DNA of 64,000 nucleotides from the human T2T-CHM13v2.0 reference genome, Homo sapiens, in the NCBI RefSeq assembly GCF_009914755.1, contig NC_060928.1; one strand, written 5' to 3'. Positions 1-13,272 of the stretch are shown here, one piece after another. A model generated the notes under the pieces. The model saw only the letters and a program-made list of their open reading frames with translations, did not search any database and was not told the DNA's origin. The stretch's first letter is position 1. Every line of letters starts with the position of its first letter. A program made the position numbers and the translations under genes.

Positions 1-1555
1 TACTTCTCGAAGTACTATTATTAATAACTAATCAGAGCTTTTTCTATCAGTAAAGAAATCTTTATAAATCAAGCCTTTAGGACCCTAAATTATGCACTTA
101 ATTACAGAAAGGTTAAATTGATAAATGCTTTATTCTATAACATATGATTTTTGTAAAGCATAAGCTTGGAAAATGAAAAAAATTAGAAAGGTGAATATTA
201 TAATACGCTAGTACTATAAAGCCTAAGTTACAAAGAAGAAAGTGAACATGAGAAAGAAAAGAAAGGAGAATTCACAGTGCAGATAAGAAAGAATGTTGAA
301 AATTTAAGACAGTGCTTAATCATTAATAATCGTATTCCATGAAGTGCCCGACTGAGAGAATAAAAGTGAAAAGAGATTTAAAGATAGCTGTGGTGATGGG
401 GGGCATGGTCATTGGGGCTAGCTCTTCACCAATAAGTTAAAAAATTATTTAGAAAAACTCAAAATAGTCCATTTAGCATTCAACAAAGCTCCATTGGTAC
501 TAAATCTTTTGTAGCTCTGTATAAGTCTGGTCTTCTAAATAGCCTGAAACATTTAAAATGTCATATAATACAGTTTTCAAGGCAAAGACTAAAAAGAACA
601 CACTTGGTCAAAAATAAAAAGGCTATAATAAAAAATCTAATATTTTTAGAGGAAAACAACTACCACTTAGCATGATCAAGGAGTTCATTTATAAAAGTTA
701 TTCATCAGAGACAAATAGGAAACCATTAAGCAGTACTCAGCTTCTACAAGATATATATCCCAATTGCTTATGAGGCTATTTGACATTGTTGAGCTCTTTG
801 CTCTTTGTAATTGAAGGGCTTTATTAAATAACAAGAGGCTCTTCTTGTATGGACTATTGCCTTTAATTTGTGATATAAATTTCTGCAAAAGACAGCTCAA
901 AGTCAAGCAGTTAACGCTATGGATGCTATACTGCCAATGTGAACAATTTTAAATGCTCCAGCTGATTTATATATTTTAATTTATAAACGCTGTGTTTCCT
1001 GTTAGTGTTTAATAGAAATTCAAAATATTATCATTATTATTAATTACAAGTTTTATTTGTGGTGTTCTTAAAAAGTTCAATAATCATAAGAGTAATTGTA
1101 TTATTATTTTTACATTTTTTGGCTTAATCTCAGTATAACACTCAATTTAATGTAGTGATCTTCAGCATATTTTTAATATCTGGTAGGGTTAGTTCACCTC
1201 AAGATTAATTTTTCAAAATAACTTGACTATTTGTGGAGTTCTATTCTAATGTATAAAGTTGAATGTTTGCATAACTCTGCACTTTCTTTTGAATTTTGAT
1301 GAAAAGGACAACAAATACATGTAGGTGGACACAATAAGCTATACATTTTCCTTCAGTTTACTTTTAGCTGCCTAACATAGGATGCAAATTTCTCATTTTC
1401 ATTAGTTCTAAGTATTTTATAATTTTACTTAATGGTTTCATTTTAAACTATGGGTTATTTACTAGATATTTTAAGGTTACTACCTAGATTTTGATTTTTC
1501 CTTTTACTTCCCATTTGTTAATGTATATTATCATTGCATTATGGTTAAAGAACAT

Positions 1556-2019
1556 TGCCATGGTTTGGAAATGGTTTGTCTTTCCCCACCAAAACTCATG
1601 TTAAAACTTGATCCCTAATGTGGCTGTGTTGAAAGGTGGGGGCCAGTTGGAGGTGATTGAGTCATAGAAGCAGATCCCTCACGAACAACTTGGTACCATT
1701 CTCCAAAAAGTGAGTGAGTTATCCTATGAAACTGGATTAGTTCTACAGGAAATGGAATAGTTTCCACAAGAGTGGGTTGTTATAAAGTCAGGAGGCTTCT
1801 TGGGTTTCTCCCTTTTGCACTGTCCACTTCTCCTTTGGCCTTTCACCGTGTTGTGATGCAGCATGAAAGCCCTTAGCAGAGGCTGAGCAGATGCTGGCAC
1901 CAACATCATGCTTCTTGTACTTCCCAGCCTGCAGATCTGTGAGCTAAAGAAGCCTCTTTTCTTTATAAATTACCTAGCCTGAAGTCTTCTGGTGTAGCAA
2001 CACAAACCAGACTAAGACA
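1556..2019 (+). mobile_element. MaLR solo LTR, MST family (MSTB/MSTC-like)
   Basis: Begins TGCCATGGTTTGG, ends ACTAAGACA; MST-type body (AAAACTCATGTT...ATAAATTACCTAGCC); exact 5-bp TSD AACAT at 1551-1555 and 2020-2024. Confidence 0.85.
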
Positions 2020-2832
2020 AACATGGGATGTTGGTTTTCTTGACCTTACCAAGCTATCCTTTGTCAACCACTTATAGTTGATTTTTTATAAATTTTCCTT
2101 ATTTATACAAAAAAACCCCAGCATGTTTTTGCTGTAAGAACATAGCTGTCAAGTTAGTGAACATCAGTTATGCTTTTAAACACTGTATATCCTTACTTGG
2201 TCTATGTAGGCATCATGTGTCATTTTCCGAGTATAGTGTTATCTTCTGTCACTAAATTTGTTATTTTCTCCAAGATTCTAAAAAAATGAAGCTTTGTGCA
2301 TGTTAAATCTCTACTGTTAGCTGTGAGCATGTTTATAAGCATAATATCTTCTGGCTCAAGTGTTACTTTTATCAGGATATAATGCCTATATTTATCTTTT
2401 ATTAAGTTTTTTACTAAGAATTTTCTTGAATCTAAAATTGCAACAAGATTTTTGTTGTGCTTTTGATAAATTAAATAGTAGAATTGAGATAGCCAAATAA
2501 TGAACTAATAAACTAGAGCATCGTTAAACACTTTTGAAAGCATCATCAATGAAAAAGATCAGCTCTATTTCTAAATAACAATGATATAAAATATGGAATT
2601 AAACATGTCAGTATTAATATATGACTATGTAATCAAGAAAGAAATATAAATGGAAGAGAATTAAAAGATGGTAAAAAATTAAAGAAAAATGAATGTTCAT
2701 AAAATAAAATAGTTCATAGATACTAAAAAGATTTTTTTTGTGCCTACACCTAAATAAAATTCATAAAGTTTAAGAAAAGACCATTGCTTTAGGTCAATTA
2801 TATTTTTGAAAGTACAATTTGGCTTACATTTA

Positions 2833-3131
2833 CTTATTTTTAATTTTTAATGTTTTTTTAGAAGCAGAGTGTCTGTCACCCACACTGTAATGCAGTGGTG
2901 TAATCATAGCTCACTGTAACTTCAAACTGCTGCAATCCTTCCACCTCAGCCTCCTGAGTAGCTAGGACTGCAGGTGTACCACATGACCAGCTAGTTTTTA
3001 AATTTTTTTTATAGAGATGGGATCTTGCCATGTCACCCAGGCTGGGTTCTCAAACTTCTAGCCTCAAGCAATCCTCCTGCATTGGCCCCCGTAAGTACTG
3101 GGACTGCAGGTATGAGCCATCATGCCCAGCC
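2833..3131 (-). mobile_element. Alu, old (AluJ-like), diverged
   Basis: T-rich tail then reverse Alu body ending CATGCCCAGCC; flanking direct repeat GGCTTACA(T/C)TTA at ~2821-2832 and ~3134-3145. Confidence 0.9.
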
Positions 3132-3184
3132 TGGGCTTACACTTAAATACTTGTATATTAGCAGCTAATCATTTCAAATGAAAA

Positions 3185-3380
3185 TTTACAGTACCATCAT
3201 CAAACATAAAATAGTTAGCAATACATTTAACAAATGTTGGGCAAATCTTCTACACTGAAAACTTTAAAACATATCTGAAATGAAATAAAGACCTAAATAA
3301 ATGGGAAGAAATACCATATTCATAGATTAGCAAACTTAGTATCAATATTTTAAGATGTTAGTTCTTCTAAATTTGTCAAA
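3185..3380 (+). mobile_element. Old L1 (L1M) ORF2 fragment
   Basis: TACACTGAAAACTTTAAAAC...GACCTAAATAAATGGGAAGAAATACCATATTCATAGATTAG resembles the L1 ORF2 segment YTENYK...LNKWKDIPCSWI. Confidence 0.6.
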
Positions 3381-3409
3381 GTATTCACTTTTGAAAAGAA
3401 CATATTTTT

Positions 3410-3829
3410 AATTATTCTGCTTGAAGTTTGCTAAGCTTCTTGTATGTATAAGATGATAGTTTTAATCAAACCTGAAAAAATCCTCAGCCATTATTTCTTC
3501 AAAAATATTTTTTCCTAACAAAGTAGTTTTCTCCTGTTCTTCTGGAAATTCAGTTATACATGTATTATATACCTGATATTTCTCACATGTTACTAAGTCT
3601 CTGTTACCTTTCAGTTATTATATTCTCTCTGATTTTTAGATTGGCTAATTTCTAGTAATTTCTTTTCAAGTTTACCAGCCTTTTCTTCTGCATTTTCAAT
3701 TTTATAGTGAGTGTTTTACTTTAACTAAGATACTTTTCAGTTTTATAATTTCTATTTGTTTTGTTTTTATAAATTACATTTCTCTTCAGAGATTTCTCTC
3801 TATTCAATCATTGTATTCATTTCTCTATA
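3410..3829 (-). mobile_element. Old L1M ORF1-region fragment, host of the L1MA insertion; appears to resume at ~10430-10700
   Basis: T-rich antisense ORF1-like sequence (CAGCCATTATTTCTTCAAAAAT); similar character continues after 10424. Confidence 0.5.
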
Positions 3830-6800
3830 TAATATATATATTTAATTCACACAAAATTTGTTCATAGTTTTGGAGTACAGTGTGATATTTTAATACATGC
3901 ATACAAAATCAGGATAATTAGCATATCCATCACCTCAAACATTTATTATTTCTTTGTGTGGGTAATATTCAAAATCCTCTCTTGAAAAATTACAATAAAT
4001 TATTGTTGAATATAGTTACCCTACAGGGCTATAGAACAGTAGAACATATTCCTCTTATCTAGCTGTAATTTTTAATGTGTTAATCAACTTCTTCCTATAC
4101 TCTCCTCACACCTACTATTAACCTCTAGTATCCACTATTCTTCTCTTTACTTCTATATCAACACTTTTAGATCTCACATATGCATGAGACCATGTGGTAT
4201 TTATTTTTGTGTGCCTGACTTGTTTCATTTAACATAGTGTCCTCCAGTCTCACGCACATTGCCATGAATGACAAGATTTCATTATTTTTTATGGTCGAAT
4301 AGTATTCCATTGTGTATATATACCACATTTTCTTTATCATTTCATCTGCTGATAGACACTTAGGCTGATTTCTTATTTGGCTACTGTGAATATTACTGGA
4401 ATAGACGATATGTGCAGTTATCCTTTCCTTTGGATACATATTTAATAGTGGGATTGCTGGATCACTTGGTAGTTCTATTTTTAGCTTTTTGAGGAGCCTC
4501 TGTACTGCTACCCATAATGGCTGACTAATTTACATTTCCAAGAATGCATATGACTTTTTTTAAATGTCTGCATCCTTGCCAGTATTTGTTATTTTTTGTC
4601 TTTTTGATAATAGCCATTATAACTGCGATGAGATGATATCTTATTTTGATTTTCATTTGCATTTCCCTAGTGATTAGCGGTGTTGAGCATTTACTTATGT
4701 TACAATTTGAATGTCATCTTCGGAGAAATGTCTATTTAGATCTTTTGCCTATGTTTAAGTTAAATCATTTGTCTTTTTGCTTTTGAGTTATTTGAATTAC
4801 CTGTCTATTCTGGATGTTGATTTCTTATTGGATGAATAGTTTGAAAACATTTTCTCCCATTCTTCTGGTTGTCTCCTCACTCTGTTGATGGTGTCTTTTC
4901 TGTACAGAAGCTTTTTAGTTTGATATAATCTCATTTGTCTATTTTTCCTTTTGTTGCCTGTGCTGTTCAGGTATTAACCATAAAATCTTGATCCAAATCA
5001 ACATCCTGAAGCATGTCCCCTATATTTTCATGTAGTACTTTCACAGTTTTGGATCTTACATTTAGGTCTTTTGTCCATTTTGAGGTGTTTTTGTGTGTGT
5101 ATAGTGAGAGAGAGGGGTCTAGTTTCATCCTTCTGCATATGAATATCGAATTTTCCCAGCACCATTCATTGAAGAAACTGTCCTGTCCCTCATGTATGTT
5201 CTTGGCACCCTTGAAGAAAATCAGCTGGTTATAAATAAATTGGTTTATTTCTGGATTCTTTATTCTGTTTCATTGATCAATGTATTTTTTTAATGCCAGT
5301 ATTATGATGCATTGGTTACTATAGCTTTGTAGTATATTTTGAAGTCAAGTAGTGTGATGCCTCCAGCTTTATTTTTTGGCTAAAGAACATTTTGATATTT
5401 GGGATCTTTTGTGACTCCATCCAAGTTTTAGAATTATTTATTCTATTTCTGTGAAGAATGCCATTGGAAGTTTTTTAGGGCTTGCACTGAATTTTTAGAT
5501 CACTTTGGGTAGTATGGTCATTTTAACAATATTTATTCTTCAAATCTATGAATGTGGTATGTCTTTCCTTTTTCTGCTGGTATGTCTTCTTCAATTTTAT
5601 TCATCAATGGTTTATAGTTTTCCTCATAGAGATCTTTTACCTCTTTGGTTAAATTAATTTCTACACTTTTTTTCTAGACTGTAAATAGGTTTGCTTTCTT
5701 AGTTTATTTTTTAGCTAGTTTGTTACTGGTTTATAGAAACACTACTGACTTTTGTGTGTTGACTTTGTATTCTGCAACTTTACTAAATTTATCAGTTCTA
5801 AAAGTTTTTTGGGAAAATCTTTATGTTTTATGATATATAAGATTATGTCATCTGTAAACAGGGACAATTGCACGTACTCGTTTCCGATTTAGTTGCCTTT
5901 TCTTTCCTTCTCTTGCCTAACTGTATTAGCTAAGACTCTCCGTACTATGTTGACTAAGAGAGGTAAAGGTGGCCATTGTTTTCTTGCTTCAGTTCTCAGT
6001 GGGAAAACTTTCAATTTCTTTTAGCATGTATTTGGCTGTGGGTTTGTCATATATGGTCTTTATTGTTTTGAGGTACATTACTTCTATACCTAACTTGTTG
6101 AGGGTTTTTATTATGAATATGTTTGTTTTTATCAAATGCTTTGTTTGCATCAATTGCGATGATTATATAATGTTTCTCCTTCATTCTGTTGATGAGATGT
6201 ATCATGTTTATTGATTTGCATTGTTGAATGAACCTTACATTCCTAAGACAAATCCCATTTGATCATGGGATATACTATTTTTGATGTGCTGTTGGATTCA
6301 GTTTGCTATTATTTGTTGATGATTTTTGAATCTATGTTTATCAGGGTTATTGGCCTGTAGTTTTCTTTCTGTGTTGTTTCCTTGTCTGGTTTTGATATTG
6401 GAGTAATGCCGGCCTAATAGAGTGAGTTTGGAATAATTTTCATACCTTTAATTTTTTGGAATAGTTTGAGAATTTGTGTTAGCTCTTTTTTAAATGTTTC
6501 GTAGAATTCATCAGTGATGTCATCAAATCCTGTTCTTCTTTGTTGGGAGACTTTTTATTACTGCTTCAATTTCAACTCTTATTATTGTTCTGTTCAGGTT
6601 TTCTAGTCTTCCTGTTTGAATCTTGGTAGGTTGTATGTTTCTAGGAATTTATCTACTTCCTCTAGGTTTTCTAATTTGTTGGTGTACAGTTGTCCATAGT
6701 AGTCTCAAATGATCCTGTGTATTTCTTTGGTATCAGTTGTAATGTCCCCTTTTTACTTATGATTTTATTTATTTGGGTTTTCTCTCTTTTTTTCTTAGCT

Positions 6801-9800
6801 AATTGTTTGTTGATTTTGCTTATCTCCTTTAAAAAACAACTTTTTGTTTAATTGTCTTTTATTTTTTAGTTAGTACTTTATTTCTGCTTCAATCTTTATT
6901 ATTTATTTCCTTTTACTAATTTTGGATTTTCTTTGTTCTTGCTTTTCTAGTTCCCTGAAATGAATCATTAGATTATTTATTTGAAATCTTTCCACTTTTT
7001 GATGTTGGCGTTTATTGTTATTAAGTTTGCAGTTAGTACTGCTTTTGCTGTATCTCATAGGTTTTGTTATGCTTTTTCTTTTCTATTTTCATTTGCTTCA
7101 ATAAATGTTTAAATTTTCTTCTTAATTTACATTTCAACCCACTGGTCATCCAGGCACAAATTGCTTAAAATCCAGGTATATGTACAGTTTCCAAAGTTCC
7201 TCTTGTTATTGATTTCTACCTTTATTCCATTGTAATCACAAAAAGATACTTCATATGATTTTGATTATTTTTAATTTGTGGAGACTTGTTTTGTGGTTAG
7301 AATATTGTTTGTTCTGGAGAATGTTCCATGTGCTGATGAGAAGAATGTCCATTCTGTCTTTGTTGGGTGAAAAGTTCTGTAAATACCTGTTGAGTTTATT
7401 TGGTCTATAATGCAGTTTAAGTCCAATATTTTCTTATTAATTTTCTCTTCAGATAATTTTTTTCCAGTATGATAAGTGGGATATTGAAGTCCCCACATAT
7501 TAAAGCAGGATCTATCTCCCCCTTTAGACCTAATAACATTTGTTTTATACATCTGGGTGCTCCAACATCAGGTGCATATATATTTATAATTATTATACCT
7601 TATTGCTGAATTGATTCATTCATCATTATATAGGCCTTCTTTGTTTCATTACAGTTTTTGACAAAGTCTACTTTATCTGGTATAAGTATAGCCTCCTGCT
7701 CATTTTTGCTTTGCATTTGTGTGGAGTATCTTTTTCATCCCTTCACTTTCAATTTGTGTGTGTCTTCACAAGTGAATAATTTTCTTGTAGGTGGCATATA
7801 GCTGAGTTTTTTTTAATTCAGCCAATTTTGATCTTTAAATAGGAAATTTATTCTGTACATATTCAAGATTATTATTGATAAACGAGGATCTACTCCTGTA
7901 ATTTTGTTATTTGTTTCCTAGTTGTTTTTTATAGTTTCTTATTGTTTATCTTTTTGATGTTTTGGTTTTCTGTAATGATAGAATTTTATTCTTTTCTCTT
8001 TTTCATTTGTATATCTGCTCTATTAGTGAGTTTTATGCTTTTGTACGTTTTTGTGACAGTAGTTATTGCCCTATTACTTCTGGATATAGGACTCTTTTTA
8101 GTATTCCCTGTAAAGCCAGTCTAGTGTAGACGAATTTTTAAGTTTTTGTTTGTCTGGGAAATAATGTCTTTCTTCTTCATTTCTGAAGGATGACTTTCTG
8201 AGTGTAGTATTTTTAGCTGACAGCTTTGTTTTTCTTTCAGCAATTTGAATATATCATCTCATTCTCTTCTGGCCTGTAATGTTTCTGCTGAGAAATCTGT
8301 TGTTAGTCTGATGAGGATTTTCTTATATGTGACTTGATGCTTTTCTCTTGCTGTTTTTAGAATACTTTCTTTGTCTTTTACTTTTACAGTTTGAGTATAA
8401 CTTCCCCTATAGAGTACCTTTTTGAGTTGAAACTATTTAGGGAGTTTTGAGCTTCTTTAATCTGGATGTTCATATGCCTCCCAAGACTTGGGAAGTTTTC
8501 AGTTATTATTTTATTAAATAGGTTATTTCTGTGCCCTTCCCATTTCTTCTCCTGCATAATGCAATGTCCGTAACACAAATTCCATAATGCAAAAGTTTGA
8601 TCACTTAATTTTGTCCCATAAGTCCTGTAGGAGTTATTCATTCATTTTTCTTTTCTTTTGTTTCACTGGGTTATTTCACAAGACCTCTTTTCAAGTTCAG
8701 AAATTCTTTCTCCTGTATCATATAGTTTGTTGATGAAGCTCTCAATTATATATTTTTTTATTTTATGCATTGACTTCTTCAGCTCCAATATTTCTCTTTG
8801 GTTCTTTTTAGTGATATCTATCTCTTTATTGAATTTCTATTAATATCATAAATTCTTTTCCTGATTTTGTTGAATTATTTATCTGCATTCTCTTGTTATC
8901 TAAGTTTCCTTAGGATGACTATTTTAAATTCATTTTCAAGCAGTTTGTAAATTTCAGTTTTTTTAGGTCAGTTACTGGAAAATTATTCTTCTTAGTGATG
9001 TCATATTTCTTTGCTTTTTCATGTTTCTTGTACTCGTGTGTTGATATTTGTGCATCTGATGGAACAGTACCCCAGTTTTGTAGACTGGCTTTTGTGGGAA
9101 AGGACTTTCATGGGTAGATTTGGCTGAGGGTGTCAGTTGGGTAGGGTGTGTTGGCTTTGTTCTTGTTGGTTGCAGCAGTATTGTCTGTGCAGTTTCTTTA
9201 GCTATTGATAACATCATGTAATGGCTATAAGTGCTTCAGTGGCTTAGTCTGCAGAGATTTTTGTTGCTGGTTTGTCTTTTGGGCTCTGCTACCCTGGGCA
9301 CAGGTTGGTGAGCTGGTCCTTGCTCTGTGGAAGTGCAGAATTCATCAGCGAGTGGCTCAGATCAAGCACTACTTCCCTGGGGGCAGTGCAGAGCAGGGGA
9401 AGTGCAGGGAAGATCAACTGGTAGCTCAGCTTGGTTACTGCTCCCCTGAGGTTGGTGCACAGGCCTGGTCCACTTTTAGAGAAAGTGAGCAGCTTGTCAA
9501 CCTGTAGCTGGATTTGAGCACTGCTTCCCTGGGTGAAGGGCACTGGGGGGTCTGTGCTCCGTTAAGCACAGAGCTGATCAGCCTGTGGTTTGGCTTAGGC
9601 AAGTGCTTCCCTGGGAAATGGTGCCAGTCCGGTCTGCATTCCAAGGAACTGAGGATCTGATCAGCTGGTGGCTTTGCTTGGACACTGCTCCCCTGGGGGT
9701 AGGGCACCGAGGCAACAGCTGTTCCATGAATCTAGTCTCTGAGTGGCTAGGATCATCGTGCTGTATCCCTTGGAATAGGAAATATAGAGCACCTCCTAGG

Positions 9801-10424
9801 TTTCTCTCAAGGGTTAGAGAGCTGTAGCAGCTGAGCTTGGGAATGCTGAGCTATCAGCTGTGAGCATGATGTAATGGGAGTAGAGCCTCAAGTTCAGAAA
9901 GATACAATTGCTACTGGTCTTCAGAGCAGGACACATTCTAGCTGTGGTTGCAGTTTTGAAATGGTGCCTTATGGCAGCTCTTTGGGTCATTGCAGGGCAG
10001 CAAGCACAATGTGGGCTCCTTCTCTAAAACAATGCAGCAAGGAGAGCTTCTTGCAGCAACCTAAAACAGGCTTAGGGCTATAAGAGATGCAGGATTCTCC
10101 AGCAGCAGAGATTGCAAGGATTCACAGCATTAATGGGGGATCCTGGGGGCTCCTGATTATCTTCTCCCCACACAGTGAAGTCCTTCCTGGCTCCAAGCTG
10201 ACGGGAGAGATGAGGTGGGAGCAGGGTGGTGCTTTGCTCCTTTCTCTAAGCAGCCATCCTGAATCTTCATGTTCCACAATGTCTCTGCCATTCTCCTGCT
10301 GCACTCCAGCATTCTCCCTCAGATATTTTAATCAAGATATAGCTGTTTATTAGCTATTTTGGTACTATTTTGTTGGGAGAACACGTGCTAGGCACCTCTA
10401 GTCAGCCAACTTGCTGATGTTATC
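3830..10424 (-). mobile_element. Near-full-length L1MA-type LINE-1 (L1MA4-L1MA5-like), inactive
   Basis: L1MA-type 3' UTR at 3840-4170; decayed ORF2 ~4170-7900 (ORF track 4167..4439 [19 protein letters not shown]; 7271..7552 IYRTFHP..FFSSAHGTFS); ORF1 ~8000-9030 (8384..8641 ENFPSL..IQIKEAQ); GC-richer 5' UTR 9050-10424 whose terminus reads CAGCAAGTTGGCTGACTAGAGG on the minus strand. Confidence 0.9.
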
Positions 10425-10997
10425 ATCCTGTCTTTTAGTTTAAATTCTTTAACATGTTTCTAAAAGTTATTTTATAGTCCTTGTCTGCTGATTGCCATAT
10501 CTGTGTCGTCTTTCTACTAATTGCCTGTTTTCTTGATTATGTGTCACATTGTCCTACTTCTTCATATAGCTAGTCATTTTAATTATATGATAAACATTTT
10601 AAATGGTTTATTGTAGGGGGTCTTGATTAATTGCCCTCTAAATGATATTTATTTGTTTGTTTTCCTGGAAACCAGATAAATTACTTGTGGGTCTTTCTAA
10701 TCTTGTCAGGCTTGGCTTCTTTTCTTATTATTTGTGGTCTCTTTAAGTTTTGACCTTAGTCACAGGGTATGGCTCTAAGTTTAGGTCATAGTTGTTACTC
10801 TTAAGGCATGGCCTTTTTGAGGATCTCAATTGAGTACTCGGGCTTCACTGCAAAGTTTCCAAGCACTCTGAACTGCATAATCATTTTCATTGTATATATT
10901 GTTAGCTATCAGCTGTACAGTTCTATGATTAAGCCTTGATATTCATATAATCTTGACAAAGAACTTGCACAGCCCAGTCCTTTGTAAAAAACTTGTG

Positions 10998-11310
10998 GGC
11001 CGGGTGCAGTGGCTCACGCCTGTAATCCTAGCACTTTGGGAGGCTGAGGCGGGGGGAATCATGAGGTCAGGAGTTCGAGACCAGCCTGGCCAACATGGTG
11101 AAACCCCGTCTCTACTAAAGATACAAAAAATTACCTGGGCGTGGTGGCGCATGCCTGTAATCCCAGCTATTCAGGAGGCTGAGGCGGGAGAATGGCTTCA
11201 ACCTGGGAGGCGGAGTTTGCAGTGAGCCGAGATTATGCCATTGCACTCCAGCCTGGGAGACAGCAAGACTCTGTCTCAAAAAAAAAAAAAAAAAAGAAAA
11301 CAAGAACAAC
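10998..11310 (+). mobile_element. AluS (Sg/Sx-like)
   Basis: Complete dimer GGCCGGGTG...GTCTC plus A-tail; TSD-like AAAAACTTGTG (10987-10997) and AACAACTTGCG (11314-11324). Confidence 0.97.
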
Positions 11311-13272
11311 AAAAACAACTTGCGAGATACAGACTTCTAGGCACCCTCTTTTTGCTTCTACCTCTTGTTGACAATCTTCACCACAATTTTAAGCCTCCTA
11401 AGAAGGCTGTGCACCACTGTTTGCCTCCTCAGCTCAGCCTGTCTACTGTGCTTTGTTTGAGTTTCACTTCTTTGTGCTTTGATGCAGAAAGTCATCTGGC
11501 CAAAGAAAAAAAAAATTTCCAAGGAAAACAGGAATCTGATCTATTAAATTTTCTAATTTTCTTTGTCTCAAGAATCACCTCCCCACCTTGCTTGTTTTCT
11601 TGTGCCTGGAAATGCTTGTCTCATGTATTTTGTCCAGTTTTATATTTGCTAGGGCAAGAGGGCAAGTTTAATTTCATTTCATTTTAAACTTCAATTTTGT
11701 AGCATTTTAATATATTGAAGTTCATTATATCTAATTGGAGCTCAAGAATTACTGACATTTTTGTTAATGCAGCATTTTATTAAATATTCTCTTGCTGTGT
11801 AGTTTGTTAATAGTATGTGGCATTATAACAGATAAACACAAAATTTAGCACTGGAAGATTTTTTTTCTTGGAATTATCTGTAAATTTATACTTTTTTCAA
11901 AGTTAATGTTCAGCCAAGGAGACCAAAGTCACTCTGTGTATTTAAGTATGAAGGAGAATATAAAATTATATGATTACATTATAATTGAAAGGGCTGGGGG
12001 TGTTAAGGTTGGACAAGTCTATCTTAGTCTGCCACACTGATGTCAGTGATTCTCAAGGAGCTCAACTGAGAGTTGCTTCAAATATCATGTCTTCCCATTC
12101 ATCTGCCAGCAACTGTCCCTGAAAAATAATGACCTTTTCTGATTTTAGTTTTTGCAAATCTTATGTCTCTTGATAGGCTCTAACCTGGAACTATATGGAG
12201 ACAGAAATTCTAGAGAATGTAGTTCTTAGCTTCCCCCTTAGGGTGCACAGAGAAAATCCTAGAAGAAGGTAGTTGTAATGCTGATTTGATTTCGACAATG
12301 CAGCAATGTATGCTTTGCCTCAACATCTCAAATACATGAACTTTTCTAAAATGTGAAAAAAATTGGAAATTACTTTGTGAGCAGAAAATTTTGAATGTAT
12401 TTCAGTTATTTAAATATTTTATTTTATATTTTAGTTTTATTGAGGTATATTCCTAATAAACCTTCCCTGAGTGAACACTGGTGCACAAATATCATTTGAA
12501 TAGGTTTAAAAATGTCTGAATCACTCTGAACGTAGAAAAAGAAATAATATTTTCAATTAATTATTAGAATAATTATGATAGTCTTAAGGTAAGGCACTTA
12601 AAATTTAAAATTAAACTCTCCATAAATCCATAGCTCTGAATACTAATCTAAAATGTTTCTAGCTTTACTTACATGTGTGAAGATGCCCTGTTTGTGTAGC
12701 ACTCTCAATTAATTTTAAGGCATCAACTGAATAAAAAGTGAGTACATAAAAGGCAGAGAAAGATTTAAATATTGGTCTCTGATTTGCCATATATCTTCCT
12801 CTGAAGACACTAAAGATTCAATTATCATTAAAGTGTAAGTGTGTATCTCTGTCGCTTGACCAGGATTATCACCTCTGCCATTTGAACCTGGAGGACTTCA
12901 TGTAAGGTCATCCTATCCTTCGTATATTTAATTGCCGTGGAGATGTATATCAATTATGCTCATTCCAAGCATATCAAAGGTAATCTTATGTGAAAATGCC
13001 CCTTTAATATTTTAAGTCCCTTGGTATTTGTTTGCTGTGGGTACTCCTGGAATACCATGGAGAAAAAGAACTTTAAAGTGCATTGGAAAGAAAGAGAGGG
13101 TAACTCATGCATAGGGAGTGATAAATCTGCCTATAATGGTCTGGGCTCTATGACCACACTGTTCATCATGTAATTTCTCTATCAACTGTTTTCTATTTAT
13201 TACTCTGAACCCTGCAGTTTGATGTTGTAATTTCTGCTCCTCAATCTTATCTTAATATTTCCTTGATTTGGA

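Noticed and set aside
11920-12310. Possible very old LTR fragments (also ~41740-41960, ~53330-53740, ~61900-62160)
   Set aside because: Repeat-like character but too diverged for me to assign family or boundaries.
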